Positions 12,916-25,617 of a stretch of 64,000 nt of DNA are shown in pieces (within the stretch, counting starts at the first letter, position 1; each line of letters starts with the position of its first letter). The notes under the pieces were generated by a model. That model saw nothing but the letters and a program-made list of their open reading frames with translations. It made no database searches and was not told where the DNA came from. Source of the DNA: Octopus sinensis (lineage: Eukaryota); NCBI RefSeq assembly GCF_006345805.1, contig NC_043003.1, positions 49,786,001 to 49,850,000 of the forward strand. Reading direction: 5' to 3'. Position numbers and translations under genes: made by a program.

Positions 12916-13223
12916 TATTGTTATATTTAGGAATGGTCATTTTGCCAGTTTAGCCAATAGTAACACACGCACTATATATTTGGTGTTACTTTGCTTCAGT
13001 GTTATATATTTTTTACATTAATCTTAATCTTATTTCGGCCAGAAAGAAGAAAGCAAAGGACCACTGATGTGGTCACAGGAGTGTGACGAAAGAACTCTGG
13101 CCAAATTAAGATTAAGATTAATGTAAAAAATAAATAACGCTGAAGCAAAGTAGCACCAAATATATAGTGCATGTATTTTTATTGGCTAAACTGGCAAAAT
13201 GACTATTCCTAAATACAACAATA
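12916..13223. repeat. Foldback element (arms 12916-13042 and 13097-13223) with a hammerhead-like loop
   Basis: The arms are reverse complements. The same family occurs at 38236-38515. Confidence 0.88.
13058..13102 (+). ncRNA. Hammerhead-like variant motif (A9 substituted)
   Basis: ggacca-CTGATGT-g-gtcaca ggag tgtgac-GAAA-gaac-TC-tggcc. Confidence 0.5.
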
Positions 13224-13285
13224 ACATTTATTTATTTTCTTATTTATTCATATATCTATTTATTTATTTTTCTCGTATCAAACAG

Positions 13286-13597
13286 GGACAATGATCAGTT
13301 TTGCAGCATTCCGATTCGCAGGAGTGACTCTAACAAAACATTGGAATGCCACTACACGCATGATATTCGAATGCCTATGTGTCGTATTTATTTGGATTGC
13401 AATGGTACCGGCACACTGGAGACACGACCTTTGGTATACACCTTTCGGCTTGATTCTGATTCTCCTTGGCTTCGGCAGTTTCTATGGTCTCATCTTCCAG
13501 CGAACTTTCTGTCGCTGCAATATCACAGTGTGCAACCGGAGAGGAAATGATGAGTTACTGATACCAGTTGACCAAGACGGAAATGGTTGCATTCAAG
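13286..13597 (+). CDS. SLC35F6: Exon of an SLC35F6-like (DMT/EamA superfamily) transporter, last transmembrane helices and cytosolic tail
   Basis: GTMISFAAFRFAGVTLTKHWNATTRMIFECLCVVFIW...LILILLGFGSFYGLI aligns without gaps to human SLC35F6 GNISSIAFFNFAGISVTKELSATTRMVLDSLRTVVIW (recalled from memory). Pyrimidine-rich acceptor aaacAG at 13284-85, donor AG|GTGAGA at 13598, phase 1-1, 312 nt. Without splicing the frame stops at 13620. Confidence 0.85.
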
Positions 13598-13634
13598 GTG
13601 AGATATTTATTTATTTTTAATTTATGCACCCTTT

Positions 13635-13927
13635 TCAAGCCTAGCCTAGCTCATGGGCCCAATCTCCCTGTTTCTGTGGCGTATGTGTTCCCCCCAGCTG
13701 GACGGGATGCCAGTCCATCACAGCCTTACTCAAGAAACAGGAAGAGAGAGTGAGAGAAAGTTGTGGCGAAAGAGTACAACAGGGGTTGCCACCACATCCC
13801 TGCCAGAGCCTTATGGAGCTTTAGGTGTTTTCACTCAATAAACACACACAACGCCCAGTCTGGGAATCGAAACCACGATCCTTCAGCCACGAGTCCGCTG
13901 CCATAAACACTGGGTCATTGCGCCTCC
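13635..13927 (-). mobile_element. SINE family B
   Basis: Head ggaggcgcaatgacccagtg...gtttcgattccc on the minus strand. Other copies at 40066-40378 (+), 43840-44084 (-), 59148-59445 (+); tail only at 14825-14945 (-). Confidence 0.85.
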
Positions 13928-14284
13928 ATGAGGTGTTTTAAGGTTATTTATTTTTTAATATTTTTCGGATTGGAGTGTATTTTAGTCTATATGATCATGT
14001 GATGAAGATTTTTCAACAATGTCTGTGAAACTTAATTTAAGTATAGCATTATTAACAATATGAATCTATGCATGGTTATATGGTTAAAAAGTTTAATTTG
14101 AACTATGTGGTTCCTGTTTAAATTTCCTTATGCAGCATTGAACAAGTGTTTTCTCCTACAAACACATATCCACCAAAGCCATATAGACGAAATTTGACAG
14201 CAGAGAATTGTACAGAAGCTACTACGCACACACACGTGTGCATTATATATATATGTATATATGTTTATATACATATATATATAT

Positions 14285-14605
14285 CATCATCATCATCATC
14301 GTTTAATGTCTGCTTTCCATGCTGGCATGGGTTGGATGATTTGACCAAAGACTGGCAAGCCAGATGGCTGCACTTCTAGTTTTTCTCCCTGGAATGTGGC
14401 AGAAGTGGTTCTCTGCACATTTTCAGTGTTTATTGCTCCTGAGCATCTGCCACATGCAAAAACTATCTTCCCAGTTAGCCTCCCTTTGATATTGCTGCAC
14501 CTCTTATGTTCCATAGCTTACACTGGGTACATCTTATAGAGTTTCTACCTATGCCTTTTCTACAGATCGAGCAGGGCCATCTACCTGAAGGGATTTGTGG
14601 TTTGC
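14285..14605 (-). mobile_element. RTE LINE fragment with a Cys-rich PHD-like insert, joined to an RTE 3' tail
   Basis: RWPCSICRKGIGRNSIRCTQCKLW-HKRCSNIKGRLTGKIVFACGRC...GEKLEV, then ccaacccatgccagcatggaaagc...(GAT)n. Confidence 0.85.
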
Positions 14606-14943
14606 CTGCCTATATATCATATATATCCTTTTATGCTTTTTGTTGAACAATTCAAGTTCAGGACTTATTCTTTGTAAGCCTGGTGCTTATTCTATGGGTC
14701 TCTTTTGCTGAATGATAAGTTTTGGAGATGTAAACACACACACATCGGTTGTGAAGTGATGGTGGGGGGAACAACACAGTCACAAATACATATACACACA
14801 CACATATATATACATATACATATATCACCGTGATCACCGTGACCGACCAGGCTATCAGATATTGCTACATATCGCTGGTCACAATGCGCTTCACATTGTT
14901 TTAGCCTTCAAATCATACCACCCCGCTGGCTAATTGGGCAGGT

Positions 14944-14987
<44 letters not shown>

Positions 14988-15018
14988 TATATATACGTAT
15001 ATATATATATATATATAT

Positions 15019-15088
<70 letters not shown>

Positions 15089-15166
15089 TACACACATCGG
15101 GTTTCTTTCTGTTTCCATCTACCAAATCCACTCACATATATATATATCTATATATGCATATGTTTG

Positions 15167-15561
15167 TCACAGAAGTGATGAAAGGTGCTGAGTAGCACTG
15201 TTTATGCTAAAATAAGAGTTAAATTAACCCTAAAACCACTATACTCAATGACTGACAAAGGGAGGTAAGTCCCTAGTGTACATAGCTGTATCGTGATTTC
15301 GAATTTTGGTGCAGAACACCTTAATTCTCATCAACAGCTCTTAATGCCTAAGGTTAAACTCAACTTCCTAGGTGTTAAGAGCTGTTGATGAGAATTAAGG
15401 TGTCTCTACACCAAAATTTGAAATCACGATACAGCTATGTATGCTAGGGACCTACCTCCCTTTGTCAGCCATTAAGTATAGTGCTTTTGCGGCTTTAGAG
15501 TTAATTTAACTCTTATTTCAGCATAAGTGGTGCTAGTCAGCACCCTCCATCACTTTTGTGA
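15167..15561. repeat. Foldback element (arms of about 190 bp, 17 bp loop) with a hammerhead variant on each arm
   Basis: tcacagaagtgatg...catcacttttgtga. Motifs at 15284-15339 (-) and 15380-15436 (+). Confidence 0.9.
15284..15339 (-). ncRNA. Hammerhead variant (U3); mirror copy at 15380-15436 (+)
   Basis: agctg-TTGATGA-gaatt aa ggtg ttctg cacc aa aattc-GAAA-tcacga-TA-cagct. Confidence 0.7.
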
Positions 15562-16735
15562 TCCCTGTTGATTTTGCCTTTAGGTTCTAATTGCTAATAA
15601 GCCACCCTTTTAATTTGTTGTGTGTGTGTGTGTATGTGTGTGTGTATATCTCCCACCACCATTTGACAATTGGCGTTGGTGTGTTTATGTCCCCATAACT
15701 CAGCAATTTGGTAAAAAGGGCTGATAGAATAAGTACTAGCCTTTTAAAAAAATATATAAGTCCTGGGGTGGATTTGTTCGACTAAAACCCTTCAAGGAGG
15801 TGCCCCAGCATGGCTGCAGTCAAATGACTGAAACAAGTAAAAGATAATGATTGTACTAGCTTGCTGCCTTCTTTCTAATTTTGGTACAAGGCCAATAATT
15901 TTGAGGGGAGGTGCAATTTGATTGCATAGACTCTAGTATTTGACTGGTACTTGATTTTATCAACCTCTAAAGTATGAATGGTAAAGTTGACCACACCAGA
16001 ATTTGAACTTCGAATCTAATGAACCAGAAGAAATGCTACTTAGTATTTCATCTGCTGTGCTAATGGTTCTGTCAACTCACTGCCTTAGGGCCAGATTAAT
16101 ACAAAGAATTTAGAACTCAGTGAGGTATCTCATAAAAGCTCCTTGGGATTTAGAAGACATTTACTATTAATTTATTTTTCTACTTTGAGCTCAAGTTGAT
16201 ATATTTTGTCATTTATATTTAATTTAGATTTAATCATCCATATTTCTTCAATATTTAATCATTTTTAGTTCATTTATTTTCATACTATACTTAATTATCT
16301 ATATTTAATCTCTGTTAAATATACATATATCTTTTTTTTCGATAATAACCTGTATTTAATTTAGCTCTGTTGATATATTTACTCCTCCAGGCAGTGAATA
16401 TATTGTTTAAAGAAATGTATTCAGATATTAGCAATTTATTTAAAATATATTGTGAAATTTGTGAAAGTGAGGTTTGAAATGTGGTTGAATTTATTCTCTG
16501 CTTGATGAATAGGGGAATGACAGACCTCTTGTTTAAATGCTTTCAATAATTTAGTTCCATTTCTCTATATTCTTAATCTGAATCATGCTAAAAGCCTGCT
16601 TTTCCTGTAATCACATCAGTATTCATATAATGATTAACTTTCAGCATATACAGATATCAATTTAATTAACTATACCCTCCTTTTCAAATATGTAAACTTA
16701 AGGCGTTCATTTAAAATATTAATATACCGGCACAT

Positions 16736-17170
16736 GCAAGGTGCATTCCAGAAGTTTTGAGATTTTCTCAGGTGAGACATTTATTAATTTCAAAGAAGTA
16801 CAAACCTTTAATCTCCTTCAACCCTTTACCTTCAATGCACTTGCTATGGAACTTTAGCCTCTTCATGAAGGCCCAATGAAACTCCTTGAAAACGAAGGTG
16901 TCCAAGACCCTTGCCACAGCCTCCATCATCTCCTTCACCTTGAGGAACAATAAAAAATTACAAGGAGCATGGTCTGGACTGTAGATAGGGATGAGGGACA
17001 GTTTCAATGCCTATCCTTATCAAGCAGTTGGCGACCAGGACGGAACTCCGGATTGGTGCATTGTCCTGGTGCAGGTTCTCTGGCCTTTTGTAATGGAATC
17101 TCTTTCTGAATTCCCTCCAAACATCCATAAAGTACTCTTTGTCGCTATTAATGATTTGTAGGGACACTCT
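16736..17170 (-). mobile_element. Mariner transposase 3' fragment with terminal repeat
   Basis: LHQDNAP...GIETVPHP, YSPDHAPCNFLLF, FMKRLKFHSKCIEGKG. Confidence 0.85.
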
Positions 17171-17271
17171 ATTTCATTATGCAACCACAATAAACTACCA
17201 AGTATATCAGATGCTTTTATAAGTTAATACTGTGTTCTACTGTGCTAGCAGTGCTATTAAATCAATTTACT

Positions 17272-17462
17272 CTTTTACTCTTACTTGTTTCAGTCATTTG
17301 ACTGTGGCCATGCTGCAGCACTGCCTTTAGTTGAGCAAATTGACCCCAGGACTTATTCTCTGTAAGCCTAGTGCTTATTCTATCGGTCTCTTTTTCCAAA
17401 CTGCTAAGTTACGGGGATGTAAACATACCAGCGTCGGTTGTCAAGCGATGGGGACAAACACA

Positions 17463-17524
<62 letters not shown>

Positions 17525-17690
17525 TATATATGATGGGCTTCTTTCAGTTTCTGTCTACCAAATCCACTCACAAGGTTTTGGTTGGCCCAAGGCTATAGTG
17601 GAAGACACTTGCCCAAGGTGCCACGCAGTGGTACTGAACCTGGAACCTTGTAGTTGGCAAGCAAGCTACTTACCACACAGCCACTCCTAC
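17272..17690 (-). mobile_element. Full-length SINE A
   Basis: Reverse complement of the 11345 copy. Confidence 0.92.
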
Positions 17691-17759
17691 ACCTAATTGT
17701 TAAGTTTATCTCTATAGTTTCTTTGTTGACTGTCTGGCCAGAGGGAAACCAGTGAATTT

Positions 17760-18095
17760 AAATGATGCCATTGGTGTCAAAGAAGAGGATCATCATGTAC
17801 TGCCCAGTGGACTTACTTTACTTGACCTCTTGTACCAGTGAAAAAAAGATGCCTGGCTCACCCAAATGCAACCATAAGCAGGATGGAGCTTTTCATAAAT
17901 TTCAGTAGCGTTTTTTTTCCCCAGTTTAACACAAAACTTTATTGCATAGAGAGCTTCCAAATTATCTTCACATCCTGACTGCATCCTGCAAACTAGTCAG
18001 TTGTGAGAAGCAGTGTTTTGTAGGGTGTGTCCAAAGTACTTTTTACAGCTGTCTCCTTCAACTTAGAATGAAAAAAGTTGACAGGTCAGCTTATT
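17760..18095 (-). mobile_element. Mariner transposase 5' (HTH) fragment
   Basis: YAIKFCVKLGKKNATEIYEKLHPAYG...SQASFFHWYKR. Confidence 0.8.
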
Positions 18096-18107
18096 AAATG
18101 TATAGTA

Positions 18108-18627
18108 ATGAGCGATTATATATATTTTATAACGTATTGTCATTAATATCAGGAAATCAATATTAGAAAATTCTTCAGAAAGATATATACATTATATATT
18201 TATATACATTATATTTATGTATATTATATATTTATATACATAATATATTTATACTTATGCATATTTACATATATTTATTTATATTTTTAATACAACAATC
18301 ATTTTAAACATGCGATTATATATATTTTATAATATATTATTATTAATATCAGGAAATCAATATTAGAAAATTCTTCAGAAAGATATATATATTATATATT
18401 TATATACATTATATTTATATATACTATATATTTATATACATTATATATTTATACTTATATATTTACATGTATATTTATATTTATTATTTATAATTTTAAT
18501 ACAACAATCATATTAAACATGTATATATATATATATAAATATATATATATATCTTTCTGAAGAATTTTCTAATATTGATTTCCTGATATTAATAATAATA
18601 TATTATAAAATATATATAATCGCTCAT
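18108..18627. repeat. AT-rich 200 bp tandem duplication followed by an inverted partial copy
   Basis: Units start at 18112 and 18312. 18551-18627 is the reverse complement of 18108-18185. Confidence 0.85.
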
Positions 18628-18779
18628 ATTAAATACATAAGTACTTTAATAGTATTAATACTTTGATACAATAGAGCACTCAATATAAATTCAGTACATA
18701 ATATTCTCATTGAGTATATTGAACTAAAGATTTATGTATAGTAATGATATGACTGTGCTGTTATGGTTATGTGAAGCAT

Positions 18780-19475
18780 ATGGACGTGAAAAGCTGTGTA
18801 AAGAAGTGCCAGTCTCTAACCTTGGAGGGAACCTGTGGTAGAGGTAGACTCAGGAAGACATGGGACGGGGTAGTGAAGCATGATCATCGAACTTTGAACC
18901 TCAGAGGCAATGACTAGTGACCGAGATTTTTGACAATGTGCTCTGCTGAAGAAGACCCATCAAGTGCATCATCAAGCCAAGTGCACCCGTACACCATCAA
19001 GTGCACCATCAAGCCAAGTGCATGTAAAAAATTAGCCTTTGAGCATTGGGCCTGATGAAGGAAAAGTGGCTGAATTCCTGTCAAGCGTTGGACCTGACGA
19101 TGGCAAAATGGCTGAGTTCCTTTTGAGTGTTGGGCCTCATGGAGGCGAAGTGGGTGAGCTCCTTTCAAGCATTGGGCCTCATGTAGGTAATGACCAAGAC
19201 CTTTGTCATTATGTCGTGCTTGAGAAGAAGACTCATCAAGTCGAGCAAAAGCACTGTCCTGGCAGATACTGGTGTCATGCAAATGGCACCTGTGCTGGTG
19301 GCAAGTAAAAGCACCCATTACACCCTCGGAGTGGTTGGTGTTAGGAAGGGCATCCAGCTATAGAAAACCATGCCAAATCAGACTGGAGCAGTCTTCCAGT
19401 ATGCCAGCCCAGTCAAACTCTCCAATCCATGTCAACATGGACAATGGACATTAAATGATGATGATGATGATGGTG
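18780..19475 (+). mobile_element. RTE LINE 3' end with four 45 bp internal repeats and a (GAT)n tail
   Basis: CVKKCQSLTLEGTCGRGRLRKTWDGVVKHD, then the 3' UTR motif ggttggtgttaggaagggcatccag. Confidence 0.85.
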
Positions 19476-19967
19476 ATAAAAAAATTACAATGATCTAGAA
19501 TTTGAAACCATTGAAGAACATTAATATTAAGTGTAATAATGTTCAATTTGTTACAATGTGGTCTTGACTTTTATCTTGCTGTGTGTCATTGTGTGTGTAT
19601 GTGTGTGTGCGTGCGTGCATGTTTGATTATATATTATACAGTGGGAAGAGGGTTAAAAGTTTGTTTTCTGACTACAGGTTATAGATTCAGTCCCATTGCA
19701 TAGCACCTTGCACATTTTTATTTCACTATATCTCCAAGCCAACCAAAGCCTTGTGAGTGGACCTGGTAGAAGAAAATTGAAAGAAGCCCATTATGTGTGT
19801 GTGTGTATGTATGTGTATGTGTATGTGCACATGTGTGTGTGTGAGTATGTATAACGATATTTTGAAATCATTTAATACATATGTTTCAGATGTGTATAGT
19901 ATATAATAGGAAATGCATCCGTTACATAAACCTTCCTCGGTTAAGGAATTTCAGATGTATGCATATA

Positions 19968-20172
19968 CAGTAATCCCTCAACTATCATTGGTGTTACATT
20001 CCCAAACCCTCTGCAATAGTAGAAACAGTATTGTACTGTGTATCTTTTTTTATTTTTATAATTTGTATATAAATCTATTTTATTATAAATGCAACACAAC
20101 ACCATGGAGGAGTTGACGTAAGCTTAAATAATAAACCACGATAAGTGAAGCCACAATATGGCAGGGGATTAC
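19968..20172. mobile_element. Tigger/pogo-like MITE
   Basis: Ends cagtaatccctc and ggggattac, preceded by TA. Confidence 0.65.
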
Positions 20173-20269
20173 GCCTGTGTATCTGCATGTGCATGGGCTT
20201 TCTCCTTGTCTTAGCATCATGTGATAATTGCAAATGAGTGTCACTATCATACAACAAGTTTCCTCAAAT

Positions 20270-20530
20270 CTCAAGACTCTTTCTTAGAGATTTGCAGCAA
20301 AGTGCAACCCTGTATTCTGCAAGAATCCTAGTATACTTCAGCCTCATAGGGAGTAGATTGGGTGCTGTGCCAAGTGCACCAAGTGTACCCCCAGGAGTTA
20401 TTGCCATCTTAGTCTTTCTTCCACATTCTCTTCATCTTTCTGGTTGGTTCTTAATATTTCACAATTTTTCCAATTTCTTTGGTGCCATTCTATTATCATA
20501 TGGTATCACAAAGTCTATGATCTTACAATG
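20270..20530 (-). mobile_element. R4/Dong-like LINE C-terminal fragment
   Basis: GTLGALGTAP...YRVALCCKSLRKSLE resembles the R4 pattern IGALG...LQK..LLGTARILR. Confidence 0.5.
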
Positions 20531-20559
20531 ATTGCTTATTATTACTTTTATTATTATTA

Positions 20560-20597
<38 letters not shown>

Positions 20598-20727
20598 TCA
20601 AATTCTGCCACAGTCAACTTTCATCCTTTCGGGGTCAATAAATTAAGCACCAGTTAAACACTGGGATCAATGTAATCGACTGGTCCTCTCCCCCAAAATT
20701 TCAGGTCTTGTGCTTTTAATAGGAATG

Positions 20728-20774
<47 letters not shown>

Positions 20775-20790
20775 CATTATTATTATTATT

Positions 20791-21184
20791 ATTACCTCCA
20801 CCAAAGAAAGTTATGTTTTCATCACTGTTGGTTTGTTCGTCTGTCTGTCTGTGTGCAAAATAACTTAAAAAGTTGTGAACAGTATTTGATGAAACGTTTG
20901 TAATGATACAAGGAACAGATGATGAAATTTTGGTAGTGATCCGGGAATTTTTATGGATTCTTGAAGGATTTTTCATTTGTTGTATTTACTTTACATGAAG
21001 TATTACTATGTTACGTTCTTTGAATATGTCCCTTGAAAACACATTCATCGTTTCCATGCAACCTATGGTGGCATTGATACTTCCAAATTTTATTTCCATT
21101 TCTCTATTAGTAAATTTATTCGTGTATCTATCTTAAAATTAGCTGCTTGGCAGAGGTCTGTGCTCTCCGAGTGCTTTTCTAGTT
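20791..21184 (+). mobile_element. Helentron-associated non-autonomous element (HINE-like)
   Basis: Sub-terminal inverted repeats cctccaccaa and ttggcagagg, an internal (gtct)n tract, and a 3' end ttttctagtt. Confidence 0.7.
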
Positions 21185-21391
21185 ATTAAGGTGGTGAGCT
21201 GGTAGAATCATTGACATGCCAGACAAAATGTTTGGTATTGTTTCATCTGTCTTTATGTTCTGAGTTCAAATTCTGCTGAGGTTAACTTTGTCTTTCATCC
21301 TCCCAGGATCATTTAAATAATTACCAGTCAAGTGCTGGGGTTGATGTAATCACCTAGTTCTTCCCACCAAATGTCAGGATTATTATTCTTG

Positions 21392-21429
<38 letters not shown>

Positions 21430-21434
<5 letters not shown>

Positions 21435-21690
21435 TAGTTTTATTTCTATAGCTTGCTTTCACTTCACTGCCGAGCGCAACTCTGTGTGCCTTGGGTGTGT
21501 GCTGTGGTTTGCTGTGGTGCTCTTATAGTTACTGTATTGAAAGTGTTTTTCGTAGGATGTGTGCAGTGCCCTGTAGTACAATTTTCTGTATGTTATACAT
21601 ATTTGTAAGTCCTGGTATTTTTTGATATGTATTTGTCTGAATATTTTTTTATCATACCTAATGTGCCATTATTATTATTATAATTATTAT
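21430..21690 (-). mobile_element. R4/Dong-like LINE 3' end with (TAA)n tail
   Basis: IQKIVLQGTAHILRKTLSIQ*. Confidence 0.8.
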
Positions 21691-21789
21691 AATTATCATT
21701 ATTATTATTTGTAGAAATTGCTTAAGAAATGTAACCTTTGTGAAGACAGCAGTAAATTAGATGGTCAGACTGTTGATGTGGTAACCACC

Positions 21790-22140
21790 TCTGCAACAGC
21801 AGCAATATCAGCAACAACAGCAACAGCAACAACATCAAACGAAACAACAGCAGCAGCAACAAAAACAGCAGCAGCAACAAAAACAGCAGCAGTAATAAAA
21901 CAACAACAACAGCAACAACAACAATAACAGCAACAGCAACAATAACAGCAACAGCAACAACATCAAACGAAACAACAGCAGCAGCAACAAAAACAGCAGC
22001 AGTAATAAAACAACAACAACAGCAACAACAACAAAAGCAACAACAACAATAACAGCAACAACAACAATAACAGCAACAGCAATAGCAGCAACAGCAACAA
22101 TAACAGCAACAGCAACATCAACAGCAACATCAACAGTGAT
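21790..22140. repeat. (CAA/CAG)n tract with an internal duplication of about 120 bp
   Basis: aacatcaaacgaaacaacagcagcagc occurs twice. Confidence 0.9.
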
Positions 22141-23513
22141 CACCAGATTGTGCTACCAACAGTGTACCCAATGCTAAAAGCCACAGCAACTTAAGTGTAC
22201 CAAAAGCCAATGAAGGCACCTGCAAGAATTAGAAGTCAAATCTTCCTCAAATCAAACCCTACCATCTTAAAAAAAAGAAGGACACATTAGATCATGGAGT
22301 CCAAGTTACACAATTGCTGATGGCTATAGTTTTGATGCCATTTGGTGATGTGACTGTCTGATCGGAGCTGACCTGTGGGTTAGACAACAACAACAACAGC
22401 AATCACAACAACAACAAAAATAACAACTACAATAACAATAAAAATAGCAGCAGCAGCAGCAGTTACAAGATCTGCAACAGTAACAACAATAGCACTAATA
22501 GCAAATAAGAAAGGATGACAACTTTTGAAACAACATGTGCATTATCTGCAATATCAGAAACCATGATGACAATCACAACAGCAACAAGAACAAGCTCAAC
22601 ATTAGTAAGCAGCAATAACAACAGCAACAACAGCAAGAATAGTGATGATAATAACAGCATTATAATGACCAAAGCAGCAATAATATAATAATGTGAGAAA
22701 CAGCATTGGCTGGAACATCTGTACCAGGGTGGAGAATCTTTTTCTTAGTGTCAAGATCAAACTGTGTGTGTATTCAAACTGGTTGGAGTACATCAATGTC
22801 AAGAGAAATAATGAATCTTTGATTATACAAATTTATTAGGTTATGCATACAATAACACAACACTAAGAAACATTAATTAAAATGTTAAAAATTATTAATT
22901 AGTTAGGCAGTGACAATGATTTAAATGCATTTATGGGAAAGGTTTAATGAATTGTTTTTTAAAAAGTTTTAAGCACATAGGTACAAGCATAGCTGTGTGG
23001 TTAAGAAGGTCACTTTGCAACCACACTGTTTCAGGTTCAGTCCTACTACATGGCACCTTGAGCAAGTATCTTCTTTAATAGCCTTGAGTTAACCAAAGCC
23101 TTTTGAATGATTTTTAAAAAAATATTTCTTTCCTTCTTTCTTTTTTTTTTCTTTTGAAGTGTTTTGAAATGTGGGTGCAAGCAAAGTTTCACTTGTGATT
23201 GCTTGAGCTGCTAAAATAACAGCCAAATTTCCCTCAAGTCAAAAAAACCCCTACTTTTTTTCAAAGCAATGAAAGACATATTTAGATAACATGATCCCAG
23301 ATACATTAGGTTAGCAAGACTAGAATGCTATTGATCATAGGTCTACTTGATCAGTGTTGGCCTCAGGCTAAATAGTGCCAGTAACAGCAACATCATTTCC
23401 AATAATACTTATGACTTTAACAGCAGCAACAGGAACAACAACATAAACAGCAGTGATCACAACTACAACAGAAACAACAACATCACTAATAACAATTGCA
23501 ATAACATTATAAC

Positions 23514-23577
<64 letters not shown>

Positions 23578-23580
23578 GAG

Positions 23581-23970
<390 letters not shown>

Positions 23971-24626
23971 TATAGTAACTGGAAAGGCATTATAGACATA
24001 TGTCGAGAGGAATTCTTTTGGGTTTGGATAATTCACCTTTCGAAACATGGGTGTTTCATTCAAAATCCTTAGACAACCCTTATTCAGGGACCTTTTGAGT
24101 GAGATGAGCTACTCAACCTGAAGAAAATTCTAACTGGGTCCCACCTGCAATGTCATGTGTTGTTTATTTTGATATGAGATCACCATGTCATGCACATATG
24201 GTTGTGATGCATGTGCCTGGTGTACCCTTGTCAGATGGGTATACTGGGCTTTGTATAATTTACCCCAGTGTCTCTTTGATGGCATGCACTGCTCTCTCAC
24301 TCAATAATAATAATAATAGCTATTTCTTTATTTTGTCATGAAAGTGATGAATTAAGAGGTATTGCAAAGCACTTCTATGAGGAACCAGTTGTCTACAAAA
24401 GGAACAAAGTGAAATGCATTTGAACAAAAACAGCCCCCCAGGGCCAGTCGAAAAATCTTACAAATTTCAGTATTAATTAAAACCTCAAGGGCAAGTGCTC
24501 ACTTCCATTTGTGCTCTCTGGCCTAAGGGCATGTACATAGGGAATTCTTGATGCTTCTCTCTCTCTCTCGCTCTCTCATTCCCTTTTCATCAAAACTACT
24601 GAATAATAATAATAATAATAATATTA

Positions 24627-24657
<31 letters not shown>

Positions 24658-24735
24658 TATAATAATAATAGTAATAATATAATAATAATAATAATAGTAA
24701 TAATAATAATAATAATAGTAATAATAATAATAATA

Positions 24736-24766
<31 letters not shown>

Positions 24767-24792
24767 TAGTAATAATAATAATAATAATAATA

Positions 24793-24842
<50 letters not shown>

Positions 24843-25469
24843 TCTGTAATTGGTCACTATGACATTGAGGACAACATCAAAGAATGCAATATAGCTCACA
24901 AAACAGCAGGAGGTTTACATTGATCAAAAGGGGAGCAACAACAATAAGGATATAACAAGAGATCTAGTAATAATAATAATAATAATAAAGATGATAATAA
25001 TAATAACAACAACAACAACAACAACAGATCAAAGAAACAATAAGATCAAATGCAACAATAATAAGAAAACAAAATCATCTTGAAAATCAGTTGCTTAAAA
25101 GACAAAGAAATAACACAGTCCAAGGAAGTTCTCATACATACAATGGTAGTATTATATCATATCATACTATCAGAGGCATGCAGCAACAACCTTGAAAATA
25201 TACTGTTTAAAAAATACTGCAAAAACACATAGAAAACACATAGAAAAACTACAGAACATACATGCATAGATATACATACAATTACACTCCCTTCAACAAT
25301 ATTTGCAATGATATAAGCCTTCTAATAGATTGATTAGACCAATCTAACACACAAACATATGTATACATAAACATATATACATGCACATGCAATAACACAA
25401 AGATACACATACACATGCATTATATGCATATACATATATGTGTATATATATATATAGTTTTTTATAATA

Positions 25470-25535
<66 letters not shown>

Positions 25536-25570
25536 TGTTTTTATATATATAGGCATATATATATATATAT

Positions 25571-25617
<47 letters not shown>

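Noticed and set aside
19040-19200. 45 bp repeats encoding SVGPDDGKMAEFL-like peptides
   Set aside because: They lie in an RTE 3' UTR after the ORF2 end; the open frame is incidental.
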